Shown: positions 49,701-64,000 of the stretch, in pieces
Position numbering within the stretch: position 1 is the stretch's first letter
Layout of the letters: each line of letters starts with the position of its first letter
Assembly (NCBI GenBank): GCA_043228905.1
Contig: JBHGNT010000111.1
Location: 1-64,000 of the forward strand
Origin: Azolla caroliniana
Lineage: Eukaryota; Plantae; Polypodiophyta
Direction: 5' to 3'
Length of the DNA stretch: 64,000 nucleotides
Position numbers and translations under genes: made by a program
The notes under the pieces: model-generated
Databases searched by the model: none
Told to the model about the DNA's origin: nothing
Seen by the model: the letters and a program-made list of their open reading frames with translations, nothing else

Positions 49701-52700
49701 CTAGCGTTGTTAGCCTCGATTCGCATGTTTGAACACTAAAATCCGATATCACACGAGCCAGGTATGAACATTTTAATTTACCCACGCGCTCTTCTCAACT
49801 CCCTCCTCAAATTTGCTAATTTCGTCATGTCTCTCTACCTGAGTTTCAAAATCTAGATTTTCTCAATCCATATCATAGCTAGCGTTGTTAGCTTCGATTC
49901 GCATGATTGAACACAAAAATCCGATATCACACGGGCTAGGTATGAACATTTTAATTTACCCACACGCTCTTCTCAACTCCCTCCTCAAATTTGATAATTT
50001 CGTGATGTCTCTCGACCTGAGTTTTAAAATCTTGATAATTTCGTCAGCCTATATCAAAGCTAGTGTTATTAGCTTCGATTCACATCTTTGAACACAAAAA
50101 TCTGATATCACACAAGCTAAGTATGAACATTTTCATTTCCGAACGACCTCTTCTCAAATCCCTCCTCAAATTTGATAATTTCGTGATGTCTCTCGACCTG
50201 AGTTTTAAAATCTTGATAATTTCGTCAGCCTATATCAAAGCTAGTGTTATTAGCTTCGATTCACATCTTTGAACACAAAAATCTGATATCACACGAGCCA
50301 GGTATGAACATTTTAATTTATTCACGCGCTCTTCTCAACTCCCTCCTCAAATTTGGTAATTTCTTCATGTCTCTCGACGTGAGTTTCAACATCTTGATTT
50401 TTTGATTCTATATCATAGCTAGCGTTGTTAGCCTCGATTCGCATGATTGAACACTAAAATCCGATATCACACGAGCCAGGGATGAACATTTTAATTTACT
50501 CACGGGCTCTTCTCAACTCCCTCCTTATTTTTGTTAACTTCGTCGCTTCTCTCTACCTGAGTTTCAAAATCTAGATTCTCTCAATCCATATCATAGCTAG
50601 CGTTGTTAGCTTCGATTCGCATGATTCAACACAAAAATCCGATATCACACGAGCCAGGTATGAACATTTTAATTTACTCACGGGCTCTTCTCAACTCCCT
50701 CCTCAAATTTGCTAACTTCGTCATGTCTCTCCACCTGAAATTCAAAATCTTGATTTTTTAATTCCATATCATAGTTAGGATTGTTAGCTTCAATCCGCAT
50801 GTTTGAACACTAAAATCCGATATCACACGGGCGAGGTATGAACATTTTAATCTACCCACGCGCTCTTCTCAACTCCCTCCTCAAATTTGCTAATTTCGTC
50901 ATGTCTCTCTACCTGAGTTTCAAAATCTAGATTTCCTCAATCCATATCATAGCTAGCGTTGTTAGCTTCGATTTGCTTGGTTGAACACAAAAATCCCATT
51001 TCACACGAGCAAGGTATGAACATTTTAAGTTACCCACACGCTCTTCTTAACTCCCTCCTCAAATTTGCTAATTTTGTCATGTCTCTCGACCTGAGTTTCA
51101 AAATCTTGATTTTCTCAATCCATATCATAGCTACCGTCGTGACCTTCGATTCGCATGTTTGAACACAAAAAACGGATATCACACAAGCCAAGTATGAACA
51201 TTTTAATTTACCCACACGCTCTTCTCAACACCCTCCTGAAATTTGCTAATTTCGTCATGTCTCTCGACGAGAGTTTCAACATCTTGATTTTTTGATTCTA
51301 TATCATAGCTAGTGTTGTTAGCTTCCATTCGCATGTTTGAAACTAAAATCCGATATCACACGACCCAGGTATGAACATTTTAATTTACTCACGCGCTCTT
51401 CCCAACTCCGTCCTCAAATTTGATAATTTCGTCATGTCTCTTGACCTGAGTTTCAAAATCTTGATTTTTGAATTCCATATCATAGCTAGCGTTGTTAGCC
51501 TCGATTCGCATGATTGAACACTAAAATCCGATATCACACGAGCCAGGGATGAACATTTTAATTTACTCACGGGCTCTTCTCAACTCCCTCCTCAAATTTG
51601 CTAACTTCGTCATGTCTCTCCACCTGAGTTTCAAAATCATGATTTTTTAATTCCATATCATAGTTAGGGTTGTTAGCTTCGATCCGCATGTTTGAACACT
51701 AAAATCCGATATCACACGAGCAAGGTATGAACATTTTAATTTACTCACACGCTCTTCTCAACTCCCTCCTTAAATTTGCTAATTTCGTCATGTCTCTCGA
51801 CGTGAGTTTCAAAAGCTGGATTTTTTAATTCTATATCATAGCTAGCGTTGTTAGCTTCGATTCGCATGATTGAACATAAAAATCCGATATCACACGAGCT
51901 AGGGATGAACATTTTAATTTACTCACGGGCTCTTCTCAACTCCCTCCTTATTTTTGCTAATTTCATCATGTCTCTAGACCTGAGTTTTAAAATCATGATT
52001 TTTTAATTCCATATCATAGCTAGCGTTTTTAGCTTCCATTAGCATGATTGAACTCCCTCCTGAAATTTGCTAATTTCGTCATGTCTCTCGACCTGAGTTT
52101 CAAAACCTTGATTTTTTAATTCTATATCATAGCTAGCGTTGTTAGCCTCGATTCGCATGTTTGAACACAAAAATCCAATATCACACGAGCCAGGTATGAA
52201 CATTGTCATTTCCGAACCGGCTCTTCTCAACACCCTCCTGAAATTTGCTAATTTCGTCATGTCTCTCGACCTGAGTTTCAAAACCTTGATTTTTTAATTC
52301 TATATCATAGCTAGCATTGTTATCCTCGATTCGAATTTTTGAACACAAAAATCTGATATCACACGAGCCGCGTATGAACATTTTCATTTCCGAACGGCCT
52401 CTTCTCAACTCCCTCCTCAAATTTGCTAATTTCGTCATGTCTCTCGACCTGAGTTTCAAAATCTTGATTTTTTAATTCCATATCATACCTAGCGTTGTTA
52501 GCCTCGATTCGCATAGTTGAACACAAAAATCCAATATCACACTAGCCAGGAATGAACATTTTCATTTGCAAACGGGCTCTTCTCAACACCCTCTTGAAAT
52601 TTGCTTATTTCGTCATGTCTCTCGACCTGAGTTTCAAAACCTTGATTTTTTAATTCTATATCATAGCTAGCGTTGTTAGCCTCGATTCGCATGTTTGAAC

Positions 52701-55700
52701 ACAAAAATCCGATATCACACGAGCCGAGTATGAACATTTTCATTTCCATACGGCCTCTTCTCAACTCCGTCCTCAAAATTGATAATTTCGTCATGTCTCT
52801 CGACGTGAGTTTCAAAATCATGATTTTTTAATTCCATATCATACCTAGCGTTGTTAGCCTCGATACGCATTATTAAACACTGAAATCCGATATCACACGA
52901 GCCAGGTATGAACATTTTAATTTACTCACGCGCTCTTCCCAACTCCGTCCTCAAAATTGATAATTTCGTCATGTCTCTCGACCTGAGTTTCCAAATCTTG
53001 ATTTCTTCATTCCATATCATAGCTAGCGTTGTTAGCCTCGATTCGCATGATTGAACACTAAAATCCGATATCACACGAGCCAGGGATGAACATTTTAATT
53101 TACTCACGGGCTCTTCTCAACTCCCTCCTCAAATTTGCTAATTTCGTCATGTCTCTCGACCTGAGTTTCAAAATCTTGTTTTCTCAATCCATATCATAGC
53201 TACCGTTGCTACCTTCGATTCGCATGTTTGAACACAAAAAAGGGATATCACACGAGCCAGGTATGAACATTTTAATTTACCCACACGCTCTTCTCAACAC
53301 CCTCCTGAAATTTGCTAATTTCGTCATGTCTCTCGACGAGAGTTTCAACATCTTGATTTTTTGATTCTATATCATAGCTAGTGTTGGTAGCTTCCATTCG
53401 CATGTTTGAAACTAAAATCCGATATCACACGAGCCAGTTATGAACATTTTAATTTACTCACGCGCTCTTCCCAACTCCGTCCTCAAATTTGATAATTTCG
53501 TCATGTCTCTTGACCTGAGTTTCAAAATCTTGATTTTTGAATTCCATATCATAGCTAGCGTTGTTAGCCTCGATTCGCATGATTGAACACTAAAATCCGA
53601 TATCACAAGAGCCAGGGATGAACATTTTAATTTACTCACGGGCTCTTCTCAACTCCCTCCTCAAATTTGCTAACTTCGTCATGTCTCTCCACCTGAGTTT
53701 CAAAATCATGATTTTTTAATTCCATATCATAGTTAGGGTTGTTAGCTTCGATCCGCATGTTTGAACACTAAAATCCGATATCACACGAGCAAGGTATGAA
53801 CATTTTAATTTACTCACACGCTCTTCTCAAATCCCTCCTCAAATTTGCTAATTTCGTCATGTCTCTCGACGTGAGTTTCAAAATCTAGATTTCCTCAATC
53901 CATATCATAGCTAGCGTTGTTAGCTTCGATTCGCATGATTGAACATAAAAATCCGATATCACACGAGCTAGGGATGAACATTTTAATTTACTCACGGGCT
54001 CTTCTCAACTCCCTCCTTATTTTTGCTAATTTCATCATGTCTCTAGACCTGAGTTTCAAAATCCATATTTTCTAAATCCATATCATAGTTAGCGTTGTTA
54101 GCTTCGATTCGCATGGTCGAACACAAAAATCCCATATCACACGAGCCAAGTATGAACATTTTAATTTTCTCACGGGCTCTTCTCAACTCCCTCCTCAAAT
54201 TTGCTAATTTCGTCATGTCTCTCGACCTGAGTTTTAAAATCATGATTTTTTAATTCCATATCATAGCTAGCGTTTTTAGCTTCCATTAGCATGATTGAAC
54301 ACGAGCCAGGTAATTTCTTCATGTCTCTCGACGTGAGTTTCAACATCTTGATTTTTTGATTCTATATCATAGCTACTATTGTTAGCTTCCATTCGCATGT
54401 TTGAAACTAAAATCCGATATCACACGAGCCAGTTATGAACATTTTAATTTACTCACGCGCTGTTCCCAACTCCGTCCTCAAATTTGATAATTTCGTCATG
54501 TCTCTTGACCTGAGTTTCAAAATCTTGATTTTTGAATTCCATATCATAGCTAGCGTTGTTAGCCTCGATTCGCATGATTGAACACTAAAATCCGATATCA
54601 CACGAGCCAGGGATGAACATTTTAATTTACTCACGGGCTCTTCTCAACTCCCTCCTCAAATTTGCTAACTTCGTCATGTCTCTCCACCTGAGTTTCAAAA
54701 TCATGATTTTTTAATTCCATATCATAGTTAGGGTTGTTAACTTCAATCCGCATGTTTGAACACAAAAATCCGATATCACACGGGCCAGGTATGAACATTT
54801 TAATCTACCCACGCGCTCTTCTCAACTCCCTCCTCAAATTTGCTAATTTCGTCATGTCTCTCTACCTGAGTTTCAAAATCTAGATTTCCTCAATCCATAT
54901 CATAGCTAGCGTTGTTAGCTTCGATTCGCATAGTTGAACACAAAAATCCCATTTCACACGAGCAAGGTATGAACATTTTAATTTACTCACGCGCTCTTCT
55001 CAACTCCCTCCTCAAATTTGGTAATTTCTTCATGTCTCTCGACGTGATTTTCAACATCTTGATTTTTTGATTCCATATCATAGCTAGCGTTGTTAGCTTC
55101 GATCGCATGTTTGAACACAAAAATCCAATATCACACGAGCCAGGTATGAACATTTTCATTTCCGAACGGGCTCTTCTCAACACCCTCCTGAAATTTGCTA
55201 ATTTCGTCATGTCTCTCGACCTGAGTTTCAAAACCTTGATTTTTTAATTGTATATCATAGCTAGCGTTGTTAGCCTCGATTCGCATGTTTGAACACAAAA
55301 ATCCAATATCACACGAGCCAGGTATGAACATTTTCATTTCCGAACCGGCTCTTCTCAACTCCCTCCTCAAATTTGCTAATTTCGTCATGTGTTTCGAGCT
55401 GAGTTTCAAAATCTTCATTTTTTAATTCCATATCATAGCTAGCGTTGTTACCTTCGATTCGCATGATTGAACACTAAAATTCGATATCACACGGGCTAGG
55501 TATGAAGATTTTAATTTACTCACGCGCTCTTCTCAACTCCCTCCTCAAATTTACTAATTTCGTCATGTCCCTTGACGTGAGTTTCAAAATCTTTATTTTT
55601 TTATTCTATATCATACCTAGCGTTGTTAGCCTCGATTCGCATGTTTGAACATTAAGATCCGATATCACACGAGAAGGTGATGAACATTTTAGTTTAGTCA

Positions 55701-58700
55701 CGGCCTCTTCTCAACTCCCTCCTCATTTTTCCTAATTTCATCATGTCTCTCGTCCTGAGTTTCAAAATCTTGATTTTTTAATTCCATATCATAGTTAGGG
55801 TTGTTAGCTTCAATCCGCATGTTTGAACACTAAAATCCGATATCACACGAGCCAGGTATGAACATTTTCATCTACCCACGTGCTCTTCTCAACTCCCTCC
55901 TCAAATTTGCTAATTTCGTCATGTCTCTCGACCTCAGTTTCAAAATCAATATTTTCTAAATCCATATCATAGCTAGCGTTGTTATCTTCGATTCGCATGG
56001 TTGAACACAAAAATCACATTTCACACGAGCCAGGTATGAACATTTTAATTTACTCACGCGCTTTTCTCAACTCCCTCCTCATATTTGCTAATTTCGTCAT
56101 GTCTCTCGACCTGAGTTTCAAAATCTTGATTTTCTAAATCCATATCATAGCTACCGTTGTTAGCTTTGATTCGCATGTTTGAACACAAAAATCCAATATC
56201 ACTCGAGCCAGGTATGAACATTTTCATTTCCGAACGGGCTCTTCTCAACACCCTCCTCAAATTTGCTAATTTCGTCATGTCTCTCGACCTGAGTTTCAAA
56301 ATCTTGATTTTTTAATTCTATATCATAGCTAGCGATGTTAGCCTCGATTCGCCTGTTTGAACACAAAAATCCTATATCACACGAGCCGGGTATGAACATT
56401 TTCATTTCCGAACGGCCTCTTCTCAACTCCCTTCTCAAATTTGCTAATTTCGTCATGTCTCTCCACCTGAGTTTCGAAATCTTGAGTTTTTAATTCCATA
56501 TCTTAGTTAGGGTTGTTAGCTTCGATCTGCATGTTTGAACACTAAAATCCGATATCACACGAGCCAGGTATGAACATTTTAATCTACCCACGCGCTCTTC
56601 TCAACTCCCTCCTCAAATTTGCTAATTTCGTCATGTCTCTCCACCTGAGTTTCTTCAATCCATATCATAGCTAGCGTTGTTAGCTTTGATTCGCATGTTT
56701 GAACACAAAAATCCGATATCACACGAACCAGGTATGAACATTTTATCTTACCCACACGCTCTTCTCAACTCCCTCCTCAAATTTGCTAAATTCGTCATGT
56801 CTCTCCACCTGAGTTTCAAAGTCTTGATTTTTTAATTCCATATCATAGTTAGGGTTGTTCGCTTCGATCCGCATGTTTGAACACTAAAATCTGATATCAC
56901 ACGAGCCAGATATGAACATTTTAATCTACCCACGCGCTCTTCTCAACTCCCTCCTCAAATTTGCCAATTTCGTCATGTCTGTCGACCTTCGTTTCAAAAT
57001 TCATATTTTCTAAATCCATATCATAGCTAGCGTTATTAGCTTCGATTCGCATGTTTGAACACTAAAATCCGATATCACACGAGCAAGGTATGAACATTTT
57101 AATTTACCCACACGCTCTTCTCAACTCCCTCCTCAAATTTGCTAATTTCGTCATGTCTCTCGACGTGAGTTTCAAAAGCTAGATTTTTTAATTCTATATC
57201 ATAGCTAGCGTTGTTAGCTTCGATTCGCATGATTGAACATAAAAATCCGATATCACACGAGCTAGGGATGAACATTTTAATTTACTCACGGGCTCTTCTC
57301 AACTCCCTCCTTATTTTTGCTAATTTCATCATGTCTCTAGACCTGAGTTTCAAAATCCATATTTTCTAAATCCATATCATAGCTAGCGTTGTTAGCCTCG
57401 ATTCGCATGTTTGAACACTAAAATCCGATATCACACGAGCCAGGGATGACCATTTTCATTTCCGAACGGGCTCTTCTCAACACCCTCCTGAAATTTGCTA
57501 ATTTCGTCATGTCTCTCGACCTGAGTTTCAAAACCTTGATTGTTTAATTCTATATCATAGCTAGCGATGTTAGCCTCGATTCGCATGTTTGAACACAAAA
57601 ATCCGATATCACACGAGCCGGGTATGAACAATTTCATTTCCGAACGGCCTCTTCTCAACTCCCTCCTCAAATTTGCTAATTTCGTCATGTCTCTCGACCT
57701 GAGTTTCAAAATCTTGATTTTTTAATTCCATATTATAGCTAGCGTTGTTACCTTCGATTCGCATGATTGAACACTAAAATCCGATATCACACGAGCTAGG
57801 TATGAAGATTTTAATTTACTCATGCGCTCTTCTCAACTCCCTCCTCCAATTTACTAATTTCGTCATGTCCCTCGACGTGAGTTTCAAAATCTTGATGTTT
57901 TTATTCTATATCATACCTAGCGTTGTTAGCCTCGATTCGCATGTTTGAACACTAAAATCCGATATCACACGAGCAAGTGATGAACATTTTAGTTTAGTCA
58001 CGGCCTCTTCTCAACTCCCTCCTCAAATTTGCTAATTTCGTCATGTCTCTCGACCTGAGTTTCAAAATCTTGATTTTTTTGTTCTATATCATAGCTAGCG
58101 TCGTTAGCTTCGATTCGCATGATTGGACACAAAAATCCGATATCACACGAGCCAAGTATGAACATTTTAATTTACTCACGGGCTCTTCTCAACTCCCTCC
58201 TCAAATTTGCTAATTTCGTCATGTCTCTCGACCTGAGTTTTAAAATCATGATTTTTTAATTCCATATCATAGCTAGCGTTTTTAGCTTCCATTAGCATGA
58301 TTGAACACTAAAATCCCATATCACACGAGCGAGGTATGAACATTTTAATTTACTCACGCGCTCTTCTCAACTCCCTCCTCAAATTTGCTAATTTCGTCAT
58401 GTCTCTCGACCTGAGTTTCAAAATCCATATTTTCTAAATCCATATCATAGCTAGCGTTGTTAGCTTCGATTCGCATGGTTGAACACAGAAATCCCATATC
58501 ACACGAGCCAGGTATGAACATTTTAATTTACTCTTCTCAACTCCCTCCTCAAATTTGCTAATTTTGTCATGTCTCTCGACCTGAGTTTCAAAATCTTGAT
58601 TTTCTGAATCCATATCATAGCTAGCGTTGTTAGCTTCGATTCTCAACTCCCTCCTCAAATTTGCTAATTTCGTGATGTCTCTCCACCTGAGTTTTAAAAT

Positions 58701-61700
58701 CTTCACATGTTTGAACAGTAAAATTCGATATCACACGAGCCAGGTATGAACATTTTAATTTACCCACGCGCTGTTCTCCACTACCTCGTCAAATATGCAA
58801 ATTTCATCATGTCTCTGAACCTGAGTTTCAAAATCTTGATTTTTTAATTCGATATCATAGCTAGCGTTGTTAGCTTCGATTCGCATGTTTGAACACAAAA
58901 ATCCGATATCACACGAGCCAGGTATGAACATTTTCATTTACTCACAGGCTCTTCTCAACTCCCTCCTCAAATTTACTAATTTTTTCATGTCTCTCGACCT
59001 GAGTTTCAAAATCTTGATTTTTTAATTCTATATCATAGCTAGATTCGCATGTTTGAACACTAAAATCCGATATCACACGAGCCAGGTATGAACATTTTAA
59101 TCTACCCACGCGCTCTTCTCAACTCCCTCCTCAAATTTGCTAATTTCGTCATGTCTCTCTACCTGAGTTTCAAAATCTAGATTTTCTCAATCCATATCAT
59201 AGCTAGCATTGTTAGCTTCGATTCGCATGATTGAACACAAAAATCCGATATCACACGGGCTAGGTATGAACATTTTAATTTACCTACACGGTCTTCTCAA
59301 CTCCCTCCTCAAATTTGATAATTTCGTCATGTCTCTCGACCTGAGTTTCAAAATCTTCATTTTTTTATTCTATATCATAGCTAGTGTGGTTAGCTTCCAT
59401 TCGCATGATTGGACACAAAAATCCAATCTCACACAAGCTAAGTATGAACATTTTCATTTCCAAACGACCTCTTCTCAAATGCCTCCTCAAATTTGATAAT
59501 TTCGTGATGTCTCTCGACCTGAGTTTTAAAATCTTGATAATTTCGTCAGCCTATATCAAAGCTAGTGTTATTAGCTTCGATTCACATCTTTGAACACAAA
59601 AATCCGATATCACACGAGCCAGGTATGAACATTTTAATTTATTCACGCGCTCTTCTCAACTCCCTCCTCAAATTTGGTAATTTCTTCATGTCTCTCGACG
59701 TGCGTTTCAACATCTTGATTTTTTGATTCTATATCATAGCTAGTGTTGTTAGCTTCCATTCGCATGTTTCAAACTAAAATCCGATATCACACGAGCCAGT
59801 TATGAACATTTTAATTTACTCACGCGCTCTTCCCAATTCCGTCCTCAAATTTAATAATTACGTCATGTCTCTCGACCTGAGTTTCAAAATCTTGATTTCT
59901 TCATTCCATATAATAGCTAGCGTTGTTAGCCTCCATTCGCATGATTGAACATTAAAATCCAATATCACACGAGCCAGGGATGAACATTTTAATTTACTCA
60001 CCGGCTCTTCTCAACTCCCTCCTTATTTTTGTTAACTTCGTCGCTTCTCTCTACCTGAGTTTCAAAATCTAGATTCTCTCAATCCATATCATAGCTAGCG
60101 TTGTTAGCTTCGATTCGCATGATTGAACACAAAAATCCGATATCACACGAGCCAGGTATGAACATTTTAATTTACTCACGGGCTCTTCTCAACTCCCTCC
60201 TCAAATTTGCTAACTTCGTCATGTCTCTCCACCTGAGTTTCAAAATCTTGATTTTTTAATTCCATATCATAGTTAGGGTTGTTAGCTTCAATCCCCATGT
60301 TTGAACACTAAAATCCGATATCACACGGGCCAGGTATGAACATTTTAATCTACCCACGCGCTCTTCTCAACTCCCTCCTCAAATTTGCTAATTTCGTCAT
60401 GTCTCTCTACCTGAGTTTCAAAATCTAGATTTCCTCAATCCATATCATAGCTAGCGTTGTTAGCTTCGATTTGCATGGTTGAACACAAAAATCCCATTTC
60501 ACACGAGCAAGGTATGAACATTTTAATTTACCCACACGCTCTTCTTAACTCCCTCCTCAAATTTGCTAATTTCGTCATGTCTCTCGACCTGAGTTTCAAA
60601 ATCTTGATTTTCTCAATCCATATCATAGCTACCGTTGCTACTTTCGATTCGCATGTTTGAACACAAAAAACGGATATCACACGAGCCAGGTATGAACATT
60701 TTAATTTACCCACACGCTCTTCTCAACACCCTCCTGAAATTTGCTAATTTCGTCATGTCTCTCGACGAGAGTTTCAACATCTTGATTTTTTGATTCCATA
60801 TCATAGCTAGCGTTGTTAGCTTCGATTCCCATGTTTGAACACAAAAATCCAATATCACACAAGCCAGGTATGAACATTTTCATTTCCTAACGGGCTCTTC
60901 TCAACACCCTCCTGAAATTTGCTAATTTCGTCATGTCTCTCGACCTGAGTTTCAAAACCTTGATTTTTTAATTGTATATCATAGCTGGTGTTGTTAGCCT
61001 CGATTCGCATGTTTGAACACAAAAATCCAATATCACACGAGCCAGGTATGAACATTTTCATTTCCGAACCGGCTCTTCTCAACTCCCTCCTCAAATTTGC
61101 TAATTTCGTCATGTCTTTCGACCTGAGTTTCAAAATCTTGATTTTTTAATTCCATATCATAGCTAGCGTTGTTACCTTCGATTCGCATGATTGAACACTA
61201 AAATCCGATATCACACGGGCTAGGTATGAAGATTTTAATTTACTCACGCGCTCTTCTCAACTCCCTCCTCAAATTTACTAATTTCGTCATGTCCCTTGAC
61301 GTGAGTTTCAAAATCTTTATTTTTTTATTCTATACAATACCTAGCGTTGTTAGCCTCGATTCGCATGTTTGAACATTAAGATCCGATATCACACGAGAAG
61401 GTGATGAACATTTTAGTTTAGTCACGGCCTCTTCTCAACTCCCTCCTCATTTTTCCTAATTTCATCATGTCTCTCGTCCTGAGTTTCAAAATCTTGATTT
61501 TTTTGTTCTATATCATAGCTAGCGTCATTAGCTTCGATTCGCATGATTGGACACAAAAATCCGATATCACACGAGCCAAGTATGAACATTTTAATTTACT
61601 CACGGGCTCTTCTCAACTCCCTCCTCAAATTTGCTAATTTCGTCATGTCTCTCGACCTCAGTTTCAAAATCCATATTTTTTAATTCCATATCATAGCTAG

Positions 61701-64000
61701 CGTTTTTAGCTTCCATTAGCATGATTGAACACTAAAATCCCATATCACACGAGCCAGGTATGAACATTTTAATTTACTCACGCGCTCTTCTCAACTCCCT
61801 CCTCAAATTTGCTAATTTCGTCATGTCTCTCGACCTCAGTTTCAAAATCCATATTTTCTAAATCCATATCATAGCTAGCGTTGTTAGCTTCGATTCGCAT
61901 GGTTGAACACAGAAATACCATATCACACGAGCCAGGTATGAACATTTTAATTTACTCACGCGCTCTTCTCAACTCCCTCCTCAAATTTGCTAATTTCGTC
62001 ATGTCTCTCGACCTGAGTTTCAAAATCTTGATTTTCTGAATCCATATCATAGCTAGTGTTGTTAGCTTCGATTCTCAACTCCCTCCTCAAATTTGCTAAT
62101 TTCGTGGTGTCTCTCCACCTGAGTTTTAAAATCTTGATTTTTTAATTCCATATCATAGTTAGGGTTGTTAGCTTCGATTCACATGTTTGAACAGTAAAAT
62201 CCGATATCACACGAGCCAGGTATGAACATTTTAATTTACCCACGCGCTCTTCTCCACTACGTCCTCAAATATGCAAATTTCATCATGTCTCTGAACCTGA
62301 GTTTCAAAATCTTGATTTTTTAAGTCGATATCATAACTAGCGTTGTTAGCCTCGATTCGCACGATTGAACACTAAAATCCGATATCACACAAGCCAGGGA
62401 TGAACATTTTAATTTACTCACGGGCTCTTCTCAACTCCCTCCTCAAATTTGCTAATTTCGTCATGTATCTCCACCTGAGTTTTAAAATCTTGATTTTTTA
62501 ATTCCATATCATAGTTAGGGTTGTTAGCTTCAATCCGCATGTTTGAACACTAAAATCCGATATCACACGAGCCAGGTATGAACATTTTCATCTACCCACG
62601 TGCTCTTCTCAACTCCCTCCTCAAATTTGCTAATTTCGTCATGTCTCTCGACCTCAGTTTCAAAATCAATATTTTCTAAATCCATATCATAGCTAGCGTT
62701 GTTATCTTCGATTCGCATGGTTGAACACAAAAATCCCATTTCACACGAGCCAGGTATGAACATTTTAATTTACTCACGCGCTTTTCTCAACTCCCTCCTC
62801 ATATTTGCTAATTTCGTCATGTCTCTCGACCTGAGTTTCAAAATCTTGATTTTTTAATTCCATATCATAGATAGCATTGTTAGCTTTCATTCCCATGATT
62901 GAACACTAAAATCCGATATCACACGGGCTGGGTATGAAGATTTTAATTTACTCACACGCTCTTCTCAACTCCCTCTTCAAATTTATTAATTTCGTCATGT
63001 CTCTAGACCTGAGTTTCAAAATCTTGATTTTTTTATTCCATATCATAGCTAGCGTTGTTAGCCTCGATTCGCATGTTTGAACACTAAAATCCGATATCAG
63101 ACGAGCCAGGTATGAACATTTTAATCTACCCACGTGCTCTTCTCAACTCCCTCCTCAAATTTGCTAATTTCGTCATGTCTCTAGACCTGAGTTTGAAAAT
63201 CCATATTTTCTAAATCCATATCATAGCTAGCGTTGTTAGCTTCGATTCGCATGGTTGAACAGAGAAATCCCATATCACACGAGCCAGGTATGAACATTTT
63301 AATTTACTCACGCGCTCTTCTCAACTCCCTCCTCAAATTTGCTAATTTTGTCATGTCTCTCGACCTGAGTTTCAAAATCTTGATTTTCTGAATCCATATC
63401 ATAGCTAGCGTTGTTAGCTTCGATTCTCAACTCCCTCCTCAAATTTGCTAATTTCGTGATGTCTCTCCACCTGAGTTTTAAAATCTTGATTTTTTAATTC
63501 CATATCATAGTTAGGGTTGTTAGCTTCGATTTGCATGTTTGAACACTAAAATCCGATATCACACGAGCCAGGTATGAACATTTTAATTTACCCACGCGCT
63601 CTTCTCCACTACCTCCTCAACTATGCAAATTTCATCATGTCTCTGAACCTGAGTTTCAAAATCTTGATTTTTTAATTCGATATCATAGCTAGCGTTGTTA
63701 GCTTTGATTCGCATGTTTGAACACAAAAATCCGATATCACACGAGCCAGGTATGAACATTTTCATTTACTCACAGGCTCTTCTCAACTCCCTCCTCAAAT
63801 TTATTAATATTTTCATGTCTCTCGACCTGAGTTTCAAAATCTTGATTTTTTGATTCTATATCATAGCTAGCGTTGTTAGCCTCGATTCGCATGTTTGAAC
63901 ACTAAAATCCGATATCACACGAGCCAGGTATGAACATTTTAATTTACCCACGCGCTCTTCTCAACTCCCTCCTCAAATTTGCTAATTTCGTCATGTCTCT
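31777..64000 (-). repeat. Same 178-bp satellite in reverse orientation, continuing past the window end
   Basis: Reverse complement of the forward monomer throughout (CTCTTCTCAACTCCCTCCTCAAATTTGCTAATTTCGTCATGTCTCTCGAC); no non-satellite insertion seen. Confidence 0.97.

Noticed and set aside
17624-63765. Numerous 60-130-aa ORFs (MFIPGSCDIGF...)
   Set aside because: They are chance translations of the 178-bp satellite; the monomer length is not a multiple of three and stops are frequent.

Overview
Eukaryotic, plant-like repetitive DNA, probably at the edge of a centromere. The first 17.4 kb is a nest of transposons: (1) the 3' end of a LINE with a (TATC)n tail; (2) an internally deleted Ty1/copia element on the minus strand; (3) a decayed, integrase-less Ty3/gypsy element inserted in the copia gag; (4) a 9,383-bp DNA transposon (7704-17086; 36-bp TIRs, ACTT target duplication) inserted in the gypsy RNase H region. 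The DNA transposon is the most notable feature. It carries an intact 926-aa DDD-type (Sola1-like) transposase. It also carries a divergent, intron-containing gene that splices into a ParB-like domain fused to a complete beta-class DNA amino-methyltransferase. Between the two genes is a phased array of 13 near-identical 25-bp palindromes. From about 17.42 kb to the end, the window is a 178-bp tandem satellite with higher-order duplications (about 3.15 kb and 14,166 bp) and a fold-back strand switch at about 31,777. All family assignments come from motif recognition by eye; no searches were run.
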